58,090 nucleotides of DNA from Gammaproteobacteria bacterium (GTDB lineage Bacteria > Pseudomonadota > Gammaproteobacteria > JAGOUU01), in NCBI GenBank assembly GCA_018061105.1, contig JAGOUU010000003.1, positions 1-58,090 on the forward strand, given 5' to 3'. The notes below the pieces were generated by a model. It did not search any database. It worked only from the letters and a program-made list of their open reading frames with translations, and was not told the origin of the DNA. Below, piece after piece: positions 21,534-30,311 of the stretch (positions are counted from its first letter, which is position 1; each line of letters begins with the position of its first letter). A program made the position numbers and the translations under genes.

Positions 21534-23423
21534 TCATTTATCAAGAGATTCCCATTCTTGATATAATTTAACTAATTGTTTTTTGATCTCTGATAGACGA
21601 TTGGTAACTTTTATAGTAATACTGTCATCTTGTTGATAAAACCCTTCAGATAAGCTTAATTCTGTTAGTTGCTTATTCTCAAGTTCTAGTTGATCGATTT
21701 CCGCTAATAATAATTTTAATAATTTATTATTTTTATTATCAAGAGACTTTCTTTGAGTTGGCTGATTAGAATTATTTTTAGAATTATTTGAGCTATTTGA
21801 GCTATTTAATTTATTTGATTGGGTTAACCAAGTATTATAATCGCCGATATACTCGTCTATAACGCCATCCCCTTCAAAAACAATAATGCTACTTACAACA
21901 TTATTGATAAATTCTCTATCATGGCTAATTAATAAGACAGTACCATCAAAATTAACTAGTAACTCTTCAAGAAGTTCTAACGTCTCAACATCAAGATCAT
22001 TTGTTGGCTCGTCTAATACTAATAAATTAGCAGGTTTAGTAAATAGTTTAGCCAGTAATAATCTATTACGCTCACCTCCAGATAACACGGTAATAGGTGA
22101 ATTAGCTCGTTCTGGTGTAAACAGAAAATCTTGCAAATAGCCTATAATATGCTTTTCTTTGCCATTTATATTTACAGTATTGCTGCCGCCAGAGACGTTA
22201 TCACGCACAGATAATTTTTCATCTAGCTCAGCGCGAAACTGATCAAAATATGCTATAGAAAGATTCGTCCCTGTTTCAACAGTACCTGATTCTGGCGTAA
22301 GCTGCCCTAAAAGAATATTAATTAAAGTCGTTTTACCAACACCATTAGGACCAATTATTCCTATTTTATCACCTCGCATAACAACAGTAGAAAAATTTTT
22401 TATAATTTGTTTATTATTTAAACTATCTTTAAAATCATCTTTAAAACTATGGCTTATATTATCGGCAACAATAACTTGTTTACCACTTTGCTCAGTAGAT
22501 TGAATATTGGTTTTAATATTACCCTGACGACTCTGACGCTGCGCACGTAGCTCACGCATTTTCTTCAATGCTCTTACTCTGCCCTCGTTACGTGTACGGC
22601 GGGCTTTGATCCCCTGACGAATCCAAACTTCTTCTTGGGCTAATTTTTTATCGAATCTTGCATTGGCTAATTCTTCACTATGAAGAAACTCAGCTTTTTT
22701 AATTAAAAATTCTTCATAAGTACCTGGCCAATCTGCCAACACACCGCGATCTAATTCTATGATTCTTGTCGCCACGTTACGAACAAAAGCACGATCATGA
22801 CTAATAAATAAGACACTTGTTTTCCAAGATATTAATAAATTCTCCAGCCATTTTATAGCATCTATATCTAGATGGTTGGTCGGCTCATCTAATAATAATA
22901 AATCTGGCTGTTGCACTAAAGCACGTGCTAATAGTACACGACGTTTTATCCCACCTGATAATTTATTAAAATCTTGATCTATATTTAAGTCTAATTGAGA
23001 TATTATAGTTTCAATTTGATTTTGAGCACCCCAAGCATTGTGATGCTCAATTTGTTCCTGAACTTTTTGCATGTCATTTAAAGCACTAGTAGAACCATTT
23101 GAAGCTGCCTGTACTAAATTGTGGTATTTAGTCACTAGCTCACCAACTGGTCCTAATCCTAGAGCTACAATCTCAAAAATAGATTTATTTTCTGTGCCAC
23201 TTACCTCTTGCTCTAGAGTCCCTATTTTTAAGCCAGGCGAATATTCAATTTGACCAGAATCTGCTTTTTGCGTGCCGTTAATAAGCTTTAATAAAGTTGA
23301 TTTACCTGTGCCATTACGACCAATCAGAGAAATTTTTTCGTTTGAATTAATAACTAAACTTACATTGTCTAATACGGGGAACATTCCGAACTTTAGACTT
23401 ACATTCCGCAATCTTAATAACAT
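21534..23423 (-). CDS. uup: ABC-F ATPase Uup
   Basis: Two ABC cassettes, LAQEEVWIRQGIKARRTRNEGRVRAL, LDEPTNDLD. Confidence 0.95.
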   Translation of the reverse strand: MLLRLRNVSLKFGMFPVLDNVSLVINSNEKISLIGRNGTGKSTLLKLINGTQKADSGQIEYSPGLKIGTLEQEVSGTENKSIFEIVALGLGPVGELVTKYHNLVQAASNGSTSALNDMQKVQEQIEHHNAWGAQNQIETIISQLDLNIDQDFNKLSGGIKRRVLLARALVQQPDLLLLDEPTNHLDIDAIKWLENLLISWKTSVLFISHDRAFVRNVATRIIELDRGVLADWPGTYEEFLIKKAEFLHSEELANARFDKKLAQEEVWIRQGIKARRTRNEGRVRALKKMRELRAQRQSRQGNIKTNIQSTEQSGKQVIVADNISHSFKDDFKDSLNNKQIIKNFSTVVMRGDKIGIIGPNGVGKTTLINILLGQLTPESGTVETGTNLSIAYFDQFRAELDEKLSVRDNVSGGSNTVNINGKEKHIIGYLQDFLFTPERANSPITVLSGGERNRLLLAKLFTKPANLLVLDEPTNDLDVETLELLEELLVNFDGTVLLISHDREFINNVVSSIIVFEGDGVIDEYIGDYNTWLTQSNKLNSSNSSNNSKNNSNQPTQRKSLDNKNNKLLKLLLAEIDQLELENKQLTELSLSEGFYQQDDSITIKVTNRLSEIKKQLVKLYQEWESLDK

Positions 23424-23492
23424 TTACTTGCCTATACTTTCACTGTTAAAATAATAAAAATAATCTGTGATATTATAACTTATAACCATAGT

Positions 23493-24395
23493 ATGTCATA
23501 TAAATTCAAACAAATCGGCATAATTGGCCGCGCTTCACGCCATAATATAGAAGCGACTCTTGATACTGTTTGTGAGTTTTTAACAAGAAGTGATATCTCT
23601 GTTTTGATAGACGAAGAGACAGCAAATCTTATTTCGCATACTAAATTTTCTAAATTTCCTAAATTTCCTATAGTCTCTCGGGCTGAAATTGGCGAAAAAT
23701 GTGATCTAGCTGTAGTCGTAGGTGGTGATGGTAGTATTTTACATGCCGCTAGAGCCCTTGCTGGCTATGATATCTCTGTTATTGGCATCCACCAAGGTCG
23801 CCTTGGCTTTCTTACAGATATAGCCCCAGATGATATAACCGTAAAACTCGATCAAGTTCTCAAAGGCGAATATAAACGTCATGAATTGTTTCTCTTACAT
23901 GCAAATATTATAGACTTACTTAGCGGAAAAACTAAGAAAACAATTGATGCTGTCAACGAAGTTGTAATCAATTCCGGCAGCGTAACTCGTATGATTGAAT
24001 TTGAAGTCTATATAGACAACCAATTTGTTTATTCTCAACGATCAGATGGCTTAATTATATCTACACCTACTGGCTCAACAGCCTATTCACTTTCTGGTGG
24101 CGGGCCTATATTAACACCTGATTTAAAAGTATTAGTTTTAGTACCTATGTTCCCACATAATCTTACAAGCAGACCTATTGTGATCTGTAATCAATCACAA
24201 ATTAAAGTCATCCCCATGAATAACAGTTTTAACCTAGGTTTAAGCTGTGACGGCCAAGAGGTAGAATTATTAACTGAAAACGACGCTGTCGAAATCTATA
24301 AATCCAATAAAGTTCTGCACCTTTTGCATCCAAAAGACTATAATTATTATGAAACTCTACGAACTAAGCTCCACTGGGGGGCTAAATTAGTTTAA
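23493..24395 (+). CDS. nadK: NAD+ kinase
   Basis: GGDGS, GRLGFL, NEVV, DGLIISTPTGSTAYSLSGGGP. Confidence 0.96.
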   Translation: MSYKFKQIGIIGRASRHNIEATLDTVCEFLTRSDISVLIDEETANLISHTKFSKFPKFPIVSRAEIGEKCDLAVVVGGDGSILHAARALAGYDISVIGIHQGRLGFLTDIAPDDITVKLDQVLKGEYKRHELFLLHANIIDLLSGKTKKTIDAVNEVVINSGSVTRMIEFEVYIDNQFVYSQRSDGLIISTPTGSTAYSLSGGGPILTPDLKVLVLVPMFPHNLTSRPIVICNQSQIKVIPMNNSFNLGLSCDGQEVELLTENDAVEIYKSNKVLHLLHPKDYNYYETLRTKLHWGAKLV

Positions 24396-24410
24396 AATTA
24401 TTTTAATTAT

Positions 24411-26129
24411 ATGCTACAAGAACTAATCATAGAAAACCTAGCTCTGTTAAAACATATCAAAATTTCTTTTGATTCTGGAATGACTTGTTTAACTGGCGAA
24501 ACAGGTGCTGGCAAATCTATTATGCTAGATGCCATAGAATTAGCTAAAGGCGAACGCTGCGATCCTAGCTTAATCCCTGCAAATCAAAAAGCTCAGATCA
24601 CAGCTGTTTTTAAAATTAATAATAACCAAACTAATCAAGCTTATAAATGGCTAATAGACAATAATTTTTTACCTGAATCTAAATCAGAATTAAATAACTG
24701 TACTATTTCTAGAATTATTGAAAATGTTACAAAAAATAATCAACCCGTAATTAAATCAAAAGCATTTATTAATACTATACCCGCTACTTTACAACAGTTA
24801 AAACAATTGGGACAACTGCTTATTTATATTCATGGTCAGCATGAGCATTTAAATCTACTCAAAGAAAGTAATCAATTAAAAATTTTAGATACCTACGGTA
24901 GATTAGATAATTTAGCAAATAGTGTAAATCAGCTATACAAACAATGGGCTAAAGCTAAACAAGAATTACAAACCAAAATAGCTCAACAATCTGAATATCA
25001 AAGCAAAAAACAATTACTAGAGTTTCAAATTAGTGAACTAGAAGCTGCAAATTTAATTCCTGATGAATGGCAATCTCTTAATCAGCAATATCAATGGCTT
25101 GCTAACCAAGAAGAGTATACAAATAATTTAACTAAAATAAATTTTATTTTAGACGAGTCAGAGCTAGAGCGACCAAGTGTTAATCAGCAATTAAATCAAA
25201 TACTAAATATTTTAACTAATATTCAATCTGATCAACCTGTCATTGCAAATATTGCTGAACTTATTAATAATTCTCTTATTAATATTAACGAAGCCAGTTA
25301 TGTTTTACAAAGCTTTTTAGCAAAACTAGAGTCTGATCCAGAATCTATGGATATATTAGATAAGAGAATCTCTAAGCTACAAGATCTCGCTCGAAAATAT
25401 AAAACAACACCTGATGAATTAAATTTTTTATATACTCAATGTCTTGCTAATCTTCAAGAATTAGAGTCACAAACAGATCTTATTTTTAATTTAAAAAATA
25501 ATTTAATTAAACTAGAACAAGAATATAAATCTATTGCTGAATTATTATCCCAGCAACGTAAAACTGCTGCCAATAAGCTCAGCCAAGAGCTGACCCGATT
25601 ATTACAAAATCTTCGCATGCAAGGAGCTTTGTTATCAATTATCTTACCTAGTAATAACAATCCGGAACCTAGCCCGTATGGCTTAGAGTCTTGTTTATTT
25701 CTAGTTAAAACTAATAGCGATCAAAGTTTAACACCGTTATCACAAGGTGTTTCTGGTGGTGAGTTATCACGTATTGTCCTGGCTACTCAAGTTGTCACTG
25801 CCGAAGTGGAAGGTACGCCTAGTTTAATCTTTGACGAAGTAGACGTCGGTATTGGCGGTGGTACTGCCCAAATAGTTGGGCAGTTATTAAGCAAAATAGG
25901 AAATTCTACTCAAGTTATGTGTGTCACCCATTTAGCACAAGTAGCCTCACAGGCCGATCATCATATTAAAGTCAGTAAAGCTGTTGTAAATAATATTACC
26001 ACTACTCAAATAGAATACTTAAATTATTCAGAACGGATTGAAGAACTAGCTAGGATGATTGGTGGCCTAACAATTACAAAACAAACACTTGCGCATGCAC
26101 AAGAGTTACTAGAAGCTGTGACTCAATGA
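24411..26129 (+). CDS. recN: DNA repair protein RecN
   Basis: TGETGAGKS, HGQHE, SGGELSR, FDEVDVGIGG, VTHLAQVA. Confidence 0.96.
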   Translation: MLQELIIENLALLKHIKISFDSGMTCLTGETGAGKSIMLDAIELAKGERCDPSLIPANQKAQITAVFKINNNQTNQAYKWLIDNNFLPESKSELNNCTISRIIENVTKNNQPVIKSKAFINTIPATLQQLKQLGQLLIYIHGQHEHLNLLKESNQLKILDTYGRLDNLANSVNQLYKQWAKAKQELQTKIAQQSEYQSKKQLLEFQISELEAANLIPDEWQSLNQQYQWLANQEEYTNNLTKINFILDESELERPSVNQQLNQILNILTNIQSDQPVIANIAELINNSLININEASYVLQSFLAKLESDPESMDILDKRISKLQDLARKYKTTPDELNFLYTQCLANLQELESQTDLIFNLKNNLIKLEQEYKSIAELLSQQRKTAANKLSQELTRLLQNLRMQGALLSIILPSNNNPEPSPYGLESCLFLVKTNSDQSLTPLSQGVSGGELSRIVLATQVVTAEVEGTPSLIFDEVDVGIGGGTAQIVGQLLSKIGNSTQVMCVTHLAQVASQADHHIKVSKAVVNNITTTQIEYLNYSERIEELARMIGGLTITKQTLAHAQELLEAVTQ

Positions 26130-26145
26130 TGCGCCTAGTGGTCAG

Positions 26146-26568
26146 TCACTTAGTAGCCCTCCCACGACAAGTGCTACACAAACCATAGAGAGTCATTTCA
26201 TGCTCTGTTAGCTCAAAGTCATGTTGTTTTGCAATTTCTATTTGTCGGCTTTCTATTACTTCATCAACAAATTCTGCTACATGCCCACAGTCAACACAAA
26301 CTAAATGATCATGGTGTTCGCTTTGCTGAAGTTCAAATACAGAATGTTCACCATCAAATCTAAGTCTAGTTACTAAACCCGCTGTTTCAAATTGAGTTAA
26401 AACCCTGTATACGGTTGCTAATCCTACATCTTCTGACTGGGCTAATAATTGATGGTAAATCTCTTCTGCAGAAACATGGCGTTTTTTAGACTTCTCAAGA
26501 AGTTCTAAAATCTTTAATCTTGGTAATGTGACTTTTAAGCCGGCCTTTTTTAAATCGTCGTTACTCAA
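26146..26568 (-). CDS. fur: Ferric uptake regulator (TTG start)
   Basis: LKKAGLKVTLPRLKIL, GLATVYRVL, HHDHLVC. Confidence 0.97.
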   Translation of the reverse strand: MSNDDLKKAGLKVTLPRLKILELLEKSKKRHVSAEEIYHQLLAQSEDVGLATVYRVLTQFETAGLVTRLRFDGEHSVFELQQSEHHDHLVCVDCGHVAEFVDEVIESRQIEIAKQHDFELTEHEMTLYGLCSTCRGRATK

Positions 26569-26608
26569 ACAAATTCCCTCTTAAAATACATCAGTAAATC
26601 GTGTATTA

Positions 26609-26631
26609 TAACTCTAGTTAAACTAGAGTTA
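26609..26631. promoter_or_regulatory. Perfect 11-1-11 palindrome in fur/bamE divergent promoter region
   Basis: TAACTCTAGTT-A-AACTAGAGTTA; function inferred. Confidence 0.55.
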
Positions 26632-26651
26632 CATAAAATTACAGGATTAGT

Positions 26652-27116
26652 ATGAGTTATTTAATAAAACTATTGATGAATTCTTCTATGCTCGCAATTA
26701 TATCAATTGCTCTCGGTTGCAGTCAAGTTGAACAAACTAAAAAAACTAACCCAGCTGATCAAATTATACAATCAAAGACTAATCCTACAACTAACGTCAC
26801 TGAAGATAGCTTATTATCAAAAAAAGCATATCAAGCTCGCCTGACACGCTGGCTTCATCCCTATAAAATAGACATTCAACAGGGCAATGTTATTTCTACA
26901 GACATGCTTGAAAAGCTACATTTAGGGATGACCAAACAACAAGTAAAGTTTTTATTAGGCACATCTTTAATGTCTGAATCTCCAGCAAAAAACCAATGGC
27001 TATACGTGTTTAACGACTCAAAAGGCGGAACAATTCATAGCGATCAGAAATTAATACTTACTTTTAATGAAGACGAAATGTTATCTGATATACATGAAGA
27101 AAAAGAAGTAAGCTAA
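26652..27116 (+). CDS. bamE: OM assembly lipoprotein BamE/SmpA
   Basis: Lipobox ALGC, YKIDIQQGN, GMTKQQV.FLLGT; divergent from fur. Confidence 0.92.
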   Translation: MSYLIKLLMNSSMLAIISIALGCSQVEQTKKTNPADQIIQSKTNPTTNVTEDSLLSKKAYQARLTRWLHPYKIDIQQGNVISTDMLEKLHLGMTKQQVKFLLGTSLMSESPAKNQWLYVFNDSKGGTIHSDQKLILTFNEDEMLSDIHEEKEVS

Positions 27117-27118
27117 GC

Positions 27119-27412
27119 TTAAGCTTTTTGCCTCGCAGCCCTTAATCGTCGGGCAGCCATGGGATCAATTATTAAAGGGCGGTATATTTCAACTCTATCA
27201 AAAGCTTTTACTTTTTCTGACAGAGCTTTGATTTCGCTATTGATCCCAACTTGATTAACACTCAAATCTATTTCTGGATAATACTCTAAAATACCTGACT
27301 GACTAATAGCTTCTAAAATAGTTAAATCCTGTCCATTTAATTCTACAGTGAAAATACGTTGGTATTTTTCTAATGGGTAAACTACTTCGACTTTATCAAT
27401 CACATCAGCCAT
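27119..27412 (-). CDS. ratB: RnfH/RatB family protein
   Basis: VEVVY, DRVEIYRPLIIDP..ARR.RA; start reassigned to ATG at 27412 (track start 27481 lies deep in ratA). Confidence 0.88.
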   Translation of the reverse strand: MADVIDKVEVVYPLEKYQRIFTVELNGQDLTILEAISQSGILEYYPEIDLSVNQVGINSEIKALSEKVKAFDRVEIYRPLIIDPMAARRLRAARQKA

Positions 27413-27869
27413 ATACTTGTTTTGCTCGTGCGCTAAAACTACCAACAATTTTCTCAGCAATTTCTTGAAAGACTTTGCCAAACATCATAGACACAAAATA
27501 ATTACTAAACTCAAAATCTAAACTAAACTCAACTTTACACCCAAGATTACCAGAATTATCTATAATTTTAAATTCCCAAACGCCATGAAGATGCTTAAAC
27601 GGCCCCTCGACTAAGCTCATAATAATTTTAGAATTGGGTACTAGACTATTACGGGTAGTAAATTGCTTCAGAACTCCACTATAGGAAATAGTCAGTTCAG
27701 CTTCTATATAATCTTGATAAATCTCATCCTGATGAGCCTGACTTTCTTTAATCAATCTTGCTTGAGAGCACCAGTTTAAAAACTCGGGATATCTTTTTAT
27801 ATCATTGACCAAATCAAACATTTGTTTATCTGAGTATGGTACTATTAACTCTCTTTTGATTATAGTCAT
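27405..27869 (-). CDS. ratA: Ribosome association toxin RatA (START/polyketide cyclase fold)
   Basis: QMFDLVNDI.RYPEFLNWC, FTTRN, GPFKHL.G.W.F, F.ARAKQVYG. Confidence 0.93.
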   Translation of the reverse strand: MTIIKRELIVPYSDKQMFDLVNDIKRYPEFLNWCSQARLIKESQAHQDEIYQDYIEAELTISYSGVLKQFTTRNSLVPNSKIIMSLVEGPFKHLHGVWEFKIIDNSGNLGCKVEFSLDFEFSNYFVSMMFGKVFQEIAEKIVGSFSARAKQVYG

Positions 27870-27945
27870 ATTGTTATTGTACTTAGTTTTTTCTATAATT
27901 AACTAATTTACTTACATTTACTTATTTATTGAGCACTGAAGTTTC

Positions 27946-28410
27946 ATGGCCAAGCAATCTAAAAATCCAGATAATACGATCATTGTAAATCGTAAAGCTA
28001 GATTTGAATACGAAATAATTGACCAATTTGAAGCAGGCATAGCCCTTGAGGGCTGGGAAGTAAAAAGTATACGTGCTAGCAAAATCCAATTAGTCGATAG
28101 CCATATTATTTTAAAAAACCATGAAGCTTTTTTAATTGGTGCTTTAATTACGCCATTACTTAGTGCTTCTACCCATATTACCCCTGATGATCGCCGAACG
28201 AGAAAATTGTTATTACATCATGCAGAAATCGCAAAATTAATCGGTGGTGTAGAGCGTAAGGGTTATACTCTTGTTCCATTGTCTATGTACTGGAAAAAGA
28301 ATCGGGTAAAAGTTTCTATTGCTTTAGTAAAAGGCAAAAAGACACATGATAAACGCGCGACTATTAAAGAACGTGATGCTCAGCGAGAGACAACGAAGTA
28401 CCGACTTTGA
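27946..28410 (+). CDS. smpB: SsrA-binding protein
   Basis: [40 protein letters not shown]. Confidence 0.97.
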   Translation: MAKQSKNPDNTIIVNRKARFEYEIIDQFEAGIALEGWEVKSIRASKIQLVDSHIILKNHEAFLIGALITPLLSASTHITPDDRRTRKLLLHHAEIAKLIGGVERKGYTLVPLSMYWKKNRVKVSIALVKGKKTHDKRATIKERDAQRETTKYRL

Positions 28411-28450
28411 GCCCGAAAGTCTAGGTCTAGGTTCAGATCTGGGTTCAGAT

Positions 28451-29464
28451 CTAGGGCTGGCAAGGACGAAAAGAGTTTAGCTCAACAAGCTTTAGTTTAA
28501 CTCTCTTCTCTCTTGGCTCCATTGAATCCCAAAGGCGTAACAACCTTCCCCTTTGCTTTTCAGAGATTTTTTGACCATAACTGCCGTCCCTCACCATTTC
28601 GCTCGTAATGTTATGATCAGCCCAGTTAGCACTTAACTTCTTAGCGCCTACATCCCTTATCAGCTGCTCCCGGCGCTTACATTCGCTAAAGTAACGTTCC
28701 TGCTGTCTTTGGTTATATTCAAAACGCGGCTCAACAATTCCATGCACCCATGCAGCAACAAATAAATTTATACAAATAAAGATTACCGCTAGAAAAAGTG
28801 GGGAAATAAAACCTAAAAATGGTATAGAGACCAATGAAACTGTCGAAAATACGCCAACTCCAGTAAAAGCTGAAATTGTATATAACCAACCAATCGAACC
28901 CAGGATACTATGCACCGTTAATTTTAAGAATTTTTTTATTTTATTTAAAGTCACGTACTCAGGGTTATCAATTGGATCGCAAACATCAGCATTTAAACTC
29001 TGTGGTTCATCAATACCTGCATTTAATAATTCCTCAAGTAAGCAAGCCGTTTGAGCCTTGCAACGTTGTAATTCCTCTCCTTTTTCATAGACTCTACGAC
29101 AACGTTTTAATAGGTGTTTAAATTCTAGGCAAGCTAAAACTAAACTAATGACAGCAACACAAACAGCCACAGCAATTAAAAGCGGTGTAGCTGCTGCAAA
29201 ACCAAATGCAACGTAGTGCCCATAATGACTCACAAGATTTATAATCTCTAGAATCATACCAAAAGTAGGCACGAAATATAAAAAAGCACTACCAAATGCG
29301 TACCACCAAGCTCGACTAAAGATCCCTGAGCTTTCGTATCGTTTAAAATAAAAGTAATTATGTTGAAACCGAGCTTGATATTGCTGATCAGTACGCCAAG
29401 GCTCAACGCTAAAAAAATCTTTAATATTATCTCTAACTTTTTTGAAAATTTTTTTAAATTTCAT
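28451..29464 (-). CDS. Hypothetical membrane protein
   Basis: 337-aa ORF with two hydrophobic hairpins flanked by charged helices; no family recognised. Confidence 0.7.
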   Translation of the reverse strand: MKFKKIFKKVRDNIKDFFSVEPWRTDQQYQARFQHNYFYFKRYESSGIFSRAWWYAFGSAFLYFVPTFGMILEIINLVSHYGHYVAFGFAAATPLLIAVAVCVAVISLVLACLEFKHLLKRCRRVYEKGEELQRCKAQTACLLEELLNAGIDEPQSLNADVCDPIDNPEYVTLNKIKKFLKLTVHSILGSIGWLYTISAFTGVGVFSTVSLVSIPFLGFISPLFLAVIFICINLFVAAWVHGIVEPRFEYNQRQQERYFSECKRREQLIRDVGAKKLSANWADHNITSEMVRDGSYGQKISEKQRGRLLRLWDSMEPREKRVKLKLVELNSFRPCQP

Positions 29465-29584
29465 ACAGCTGCTAAACTCACAAAATATTGATTATTATAT
29501 ATCATTCAGTTGGAAAGTCAACAAGTTACTTCATCTTTATTTAAATAAAATCAATGGGTTACACTAGATCAATTCAAAACCACC

Positions 29585-29613
29585 TTGCTTTTTTATCTAT
29601 ATTAGAGTAAATT
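29585..29613 (+). promoter_or_regulatory. Putative sigma70 promoter of ssrA
   Basis: TTGCTT-17 nt-TAAATT ending 7 nt before the tmRNA 5' end. Confidence 0.55.
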
Positions 29614-29619
29614 ACTAGT

Positions 29620-30003
29620 GGGGGCGACCTGGCTTCGACATGGGTTGCGAATCCTTTTAGTGCATGCCGAGGATGTGACTTACCTCGTAAAATCCTGTTA
29701 CAAACTTATAGTTGCAAACGACAAACTATATGGCGCAGCTGACGAAGCTCGCCAAATAGCTGCTTAATACTAATAATATTTAAGTAGCCGATTACTCAAT
29801 AGTGCCTATGCAGTTGAAGTGGTCGTCATATACATAGGATCGTGGAAAGGCTTGCTCCGAGCTGGACTATTAAATACTTAGGAGCTCGCTTGGATTGACC
29901 CCGTGCGCCGGGTGGATTCAAGTCAAATATAGGCGTTACTAAACATGTAGAGCTAGAGGCATAGGACTTGTGGACGCGGGTTCAATTCCCGCCGCCTCCA
30001 CCA
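29620..30003 (+). ncRNA. ssrA: tmRNA
   Basis: 5' GGGGGCG pairs with 3' CGCCTCC-ACCA (G3.U wobble), T-arm GCGGGTTCAATTCCCGC; tag frame 29714-29767 ANDKLYGAADEARQIAA*. Confidence 0.97.
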
Positions 30004-30181
30004 TATTCAAATCCCACGACATCTAAAATCATCCAAACCCCTTGTAATTAATGAAATCTTAACAACGCCCCCTACAGCCAGCTATAAATCTTCACAACAC
30101 ATCCTTGTAATCACCAAATTCTAACTACATAATGCTTTAGAGTTTGAAGATGGTATAAAATCAGAGAGTAAAAATATAATT

Positions 30182-30311
30182 ATGAAAACCGACTTTATCT
30201 ATGAATTAACAAAGAATGTCGAGGCACATGCTAAAAGTACTGACGACGTATAGAATTTTGGTTTGCCCGTGATCTTCAAAAGCTACTTGGTTATAGTAAA
30301 TTGGATAACTA
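30182..30311 (+). pseudogene. dinD: Frameshifted, truncated DinD-like (BRO-N) gene remnant
   Basis: MKTDFIYELTKNVEAHAKSTDD, then after restoring one base (G)IEFWFARDLQKLLGYSKLDNY, matching the DinD N-terminus (W.ARDLQ.LLGY..W.NF); ends at the stop of the convergent gene. Confidence 0.75.

Noticed and set aside
26569-26651. Fur box autoregulating fur
   Set aside because: No match to the GATAAT-repeat consensus
27119-27481. 120-aa RatB as given by the ORF track
   Set aside because: The extra N-terminus overlaps ratA; ATG at 27412 gives normal length
28330-28410. SmpB C-terminal tail truncated or non-functional
   Set aside because: DKR and a basic tail are present; the length is within variation I would expect
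30004-30181. Integrase gene after ssrA
   Set aside because: No tyrosine-recombinase ORF or recognisable fragment; only flanking-type motifs
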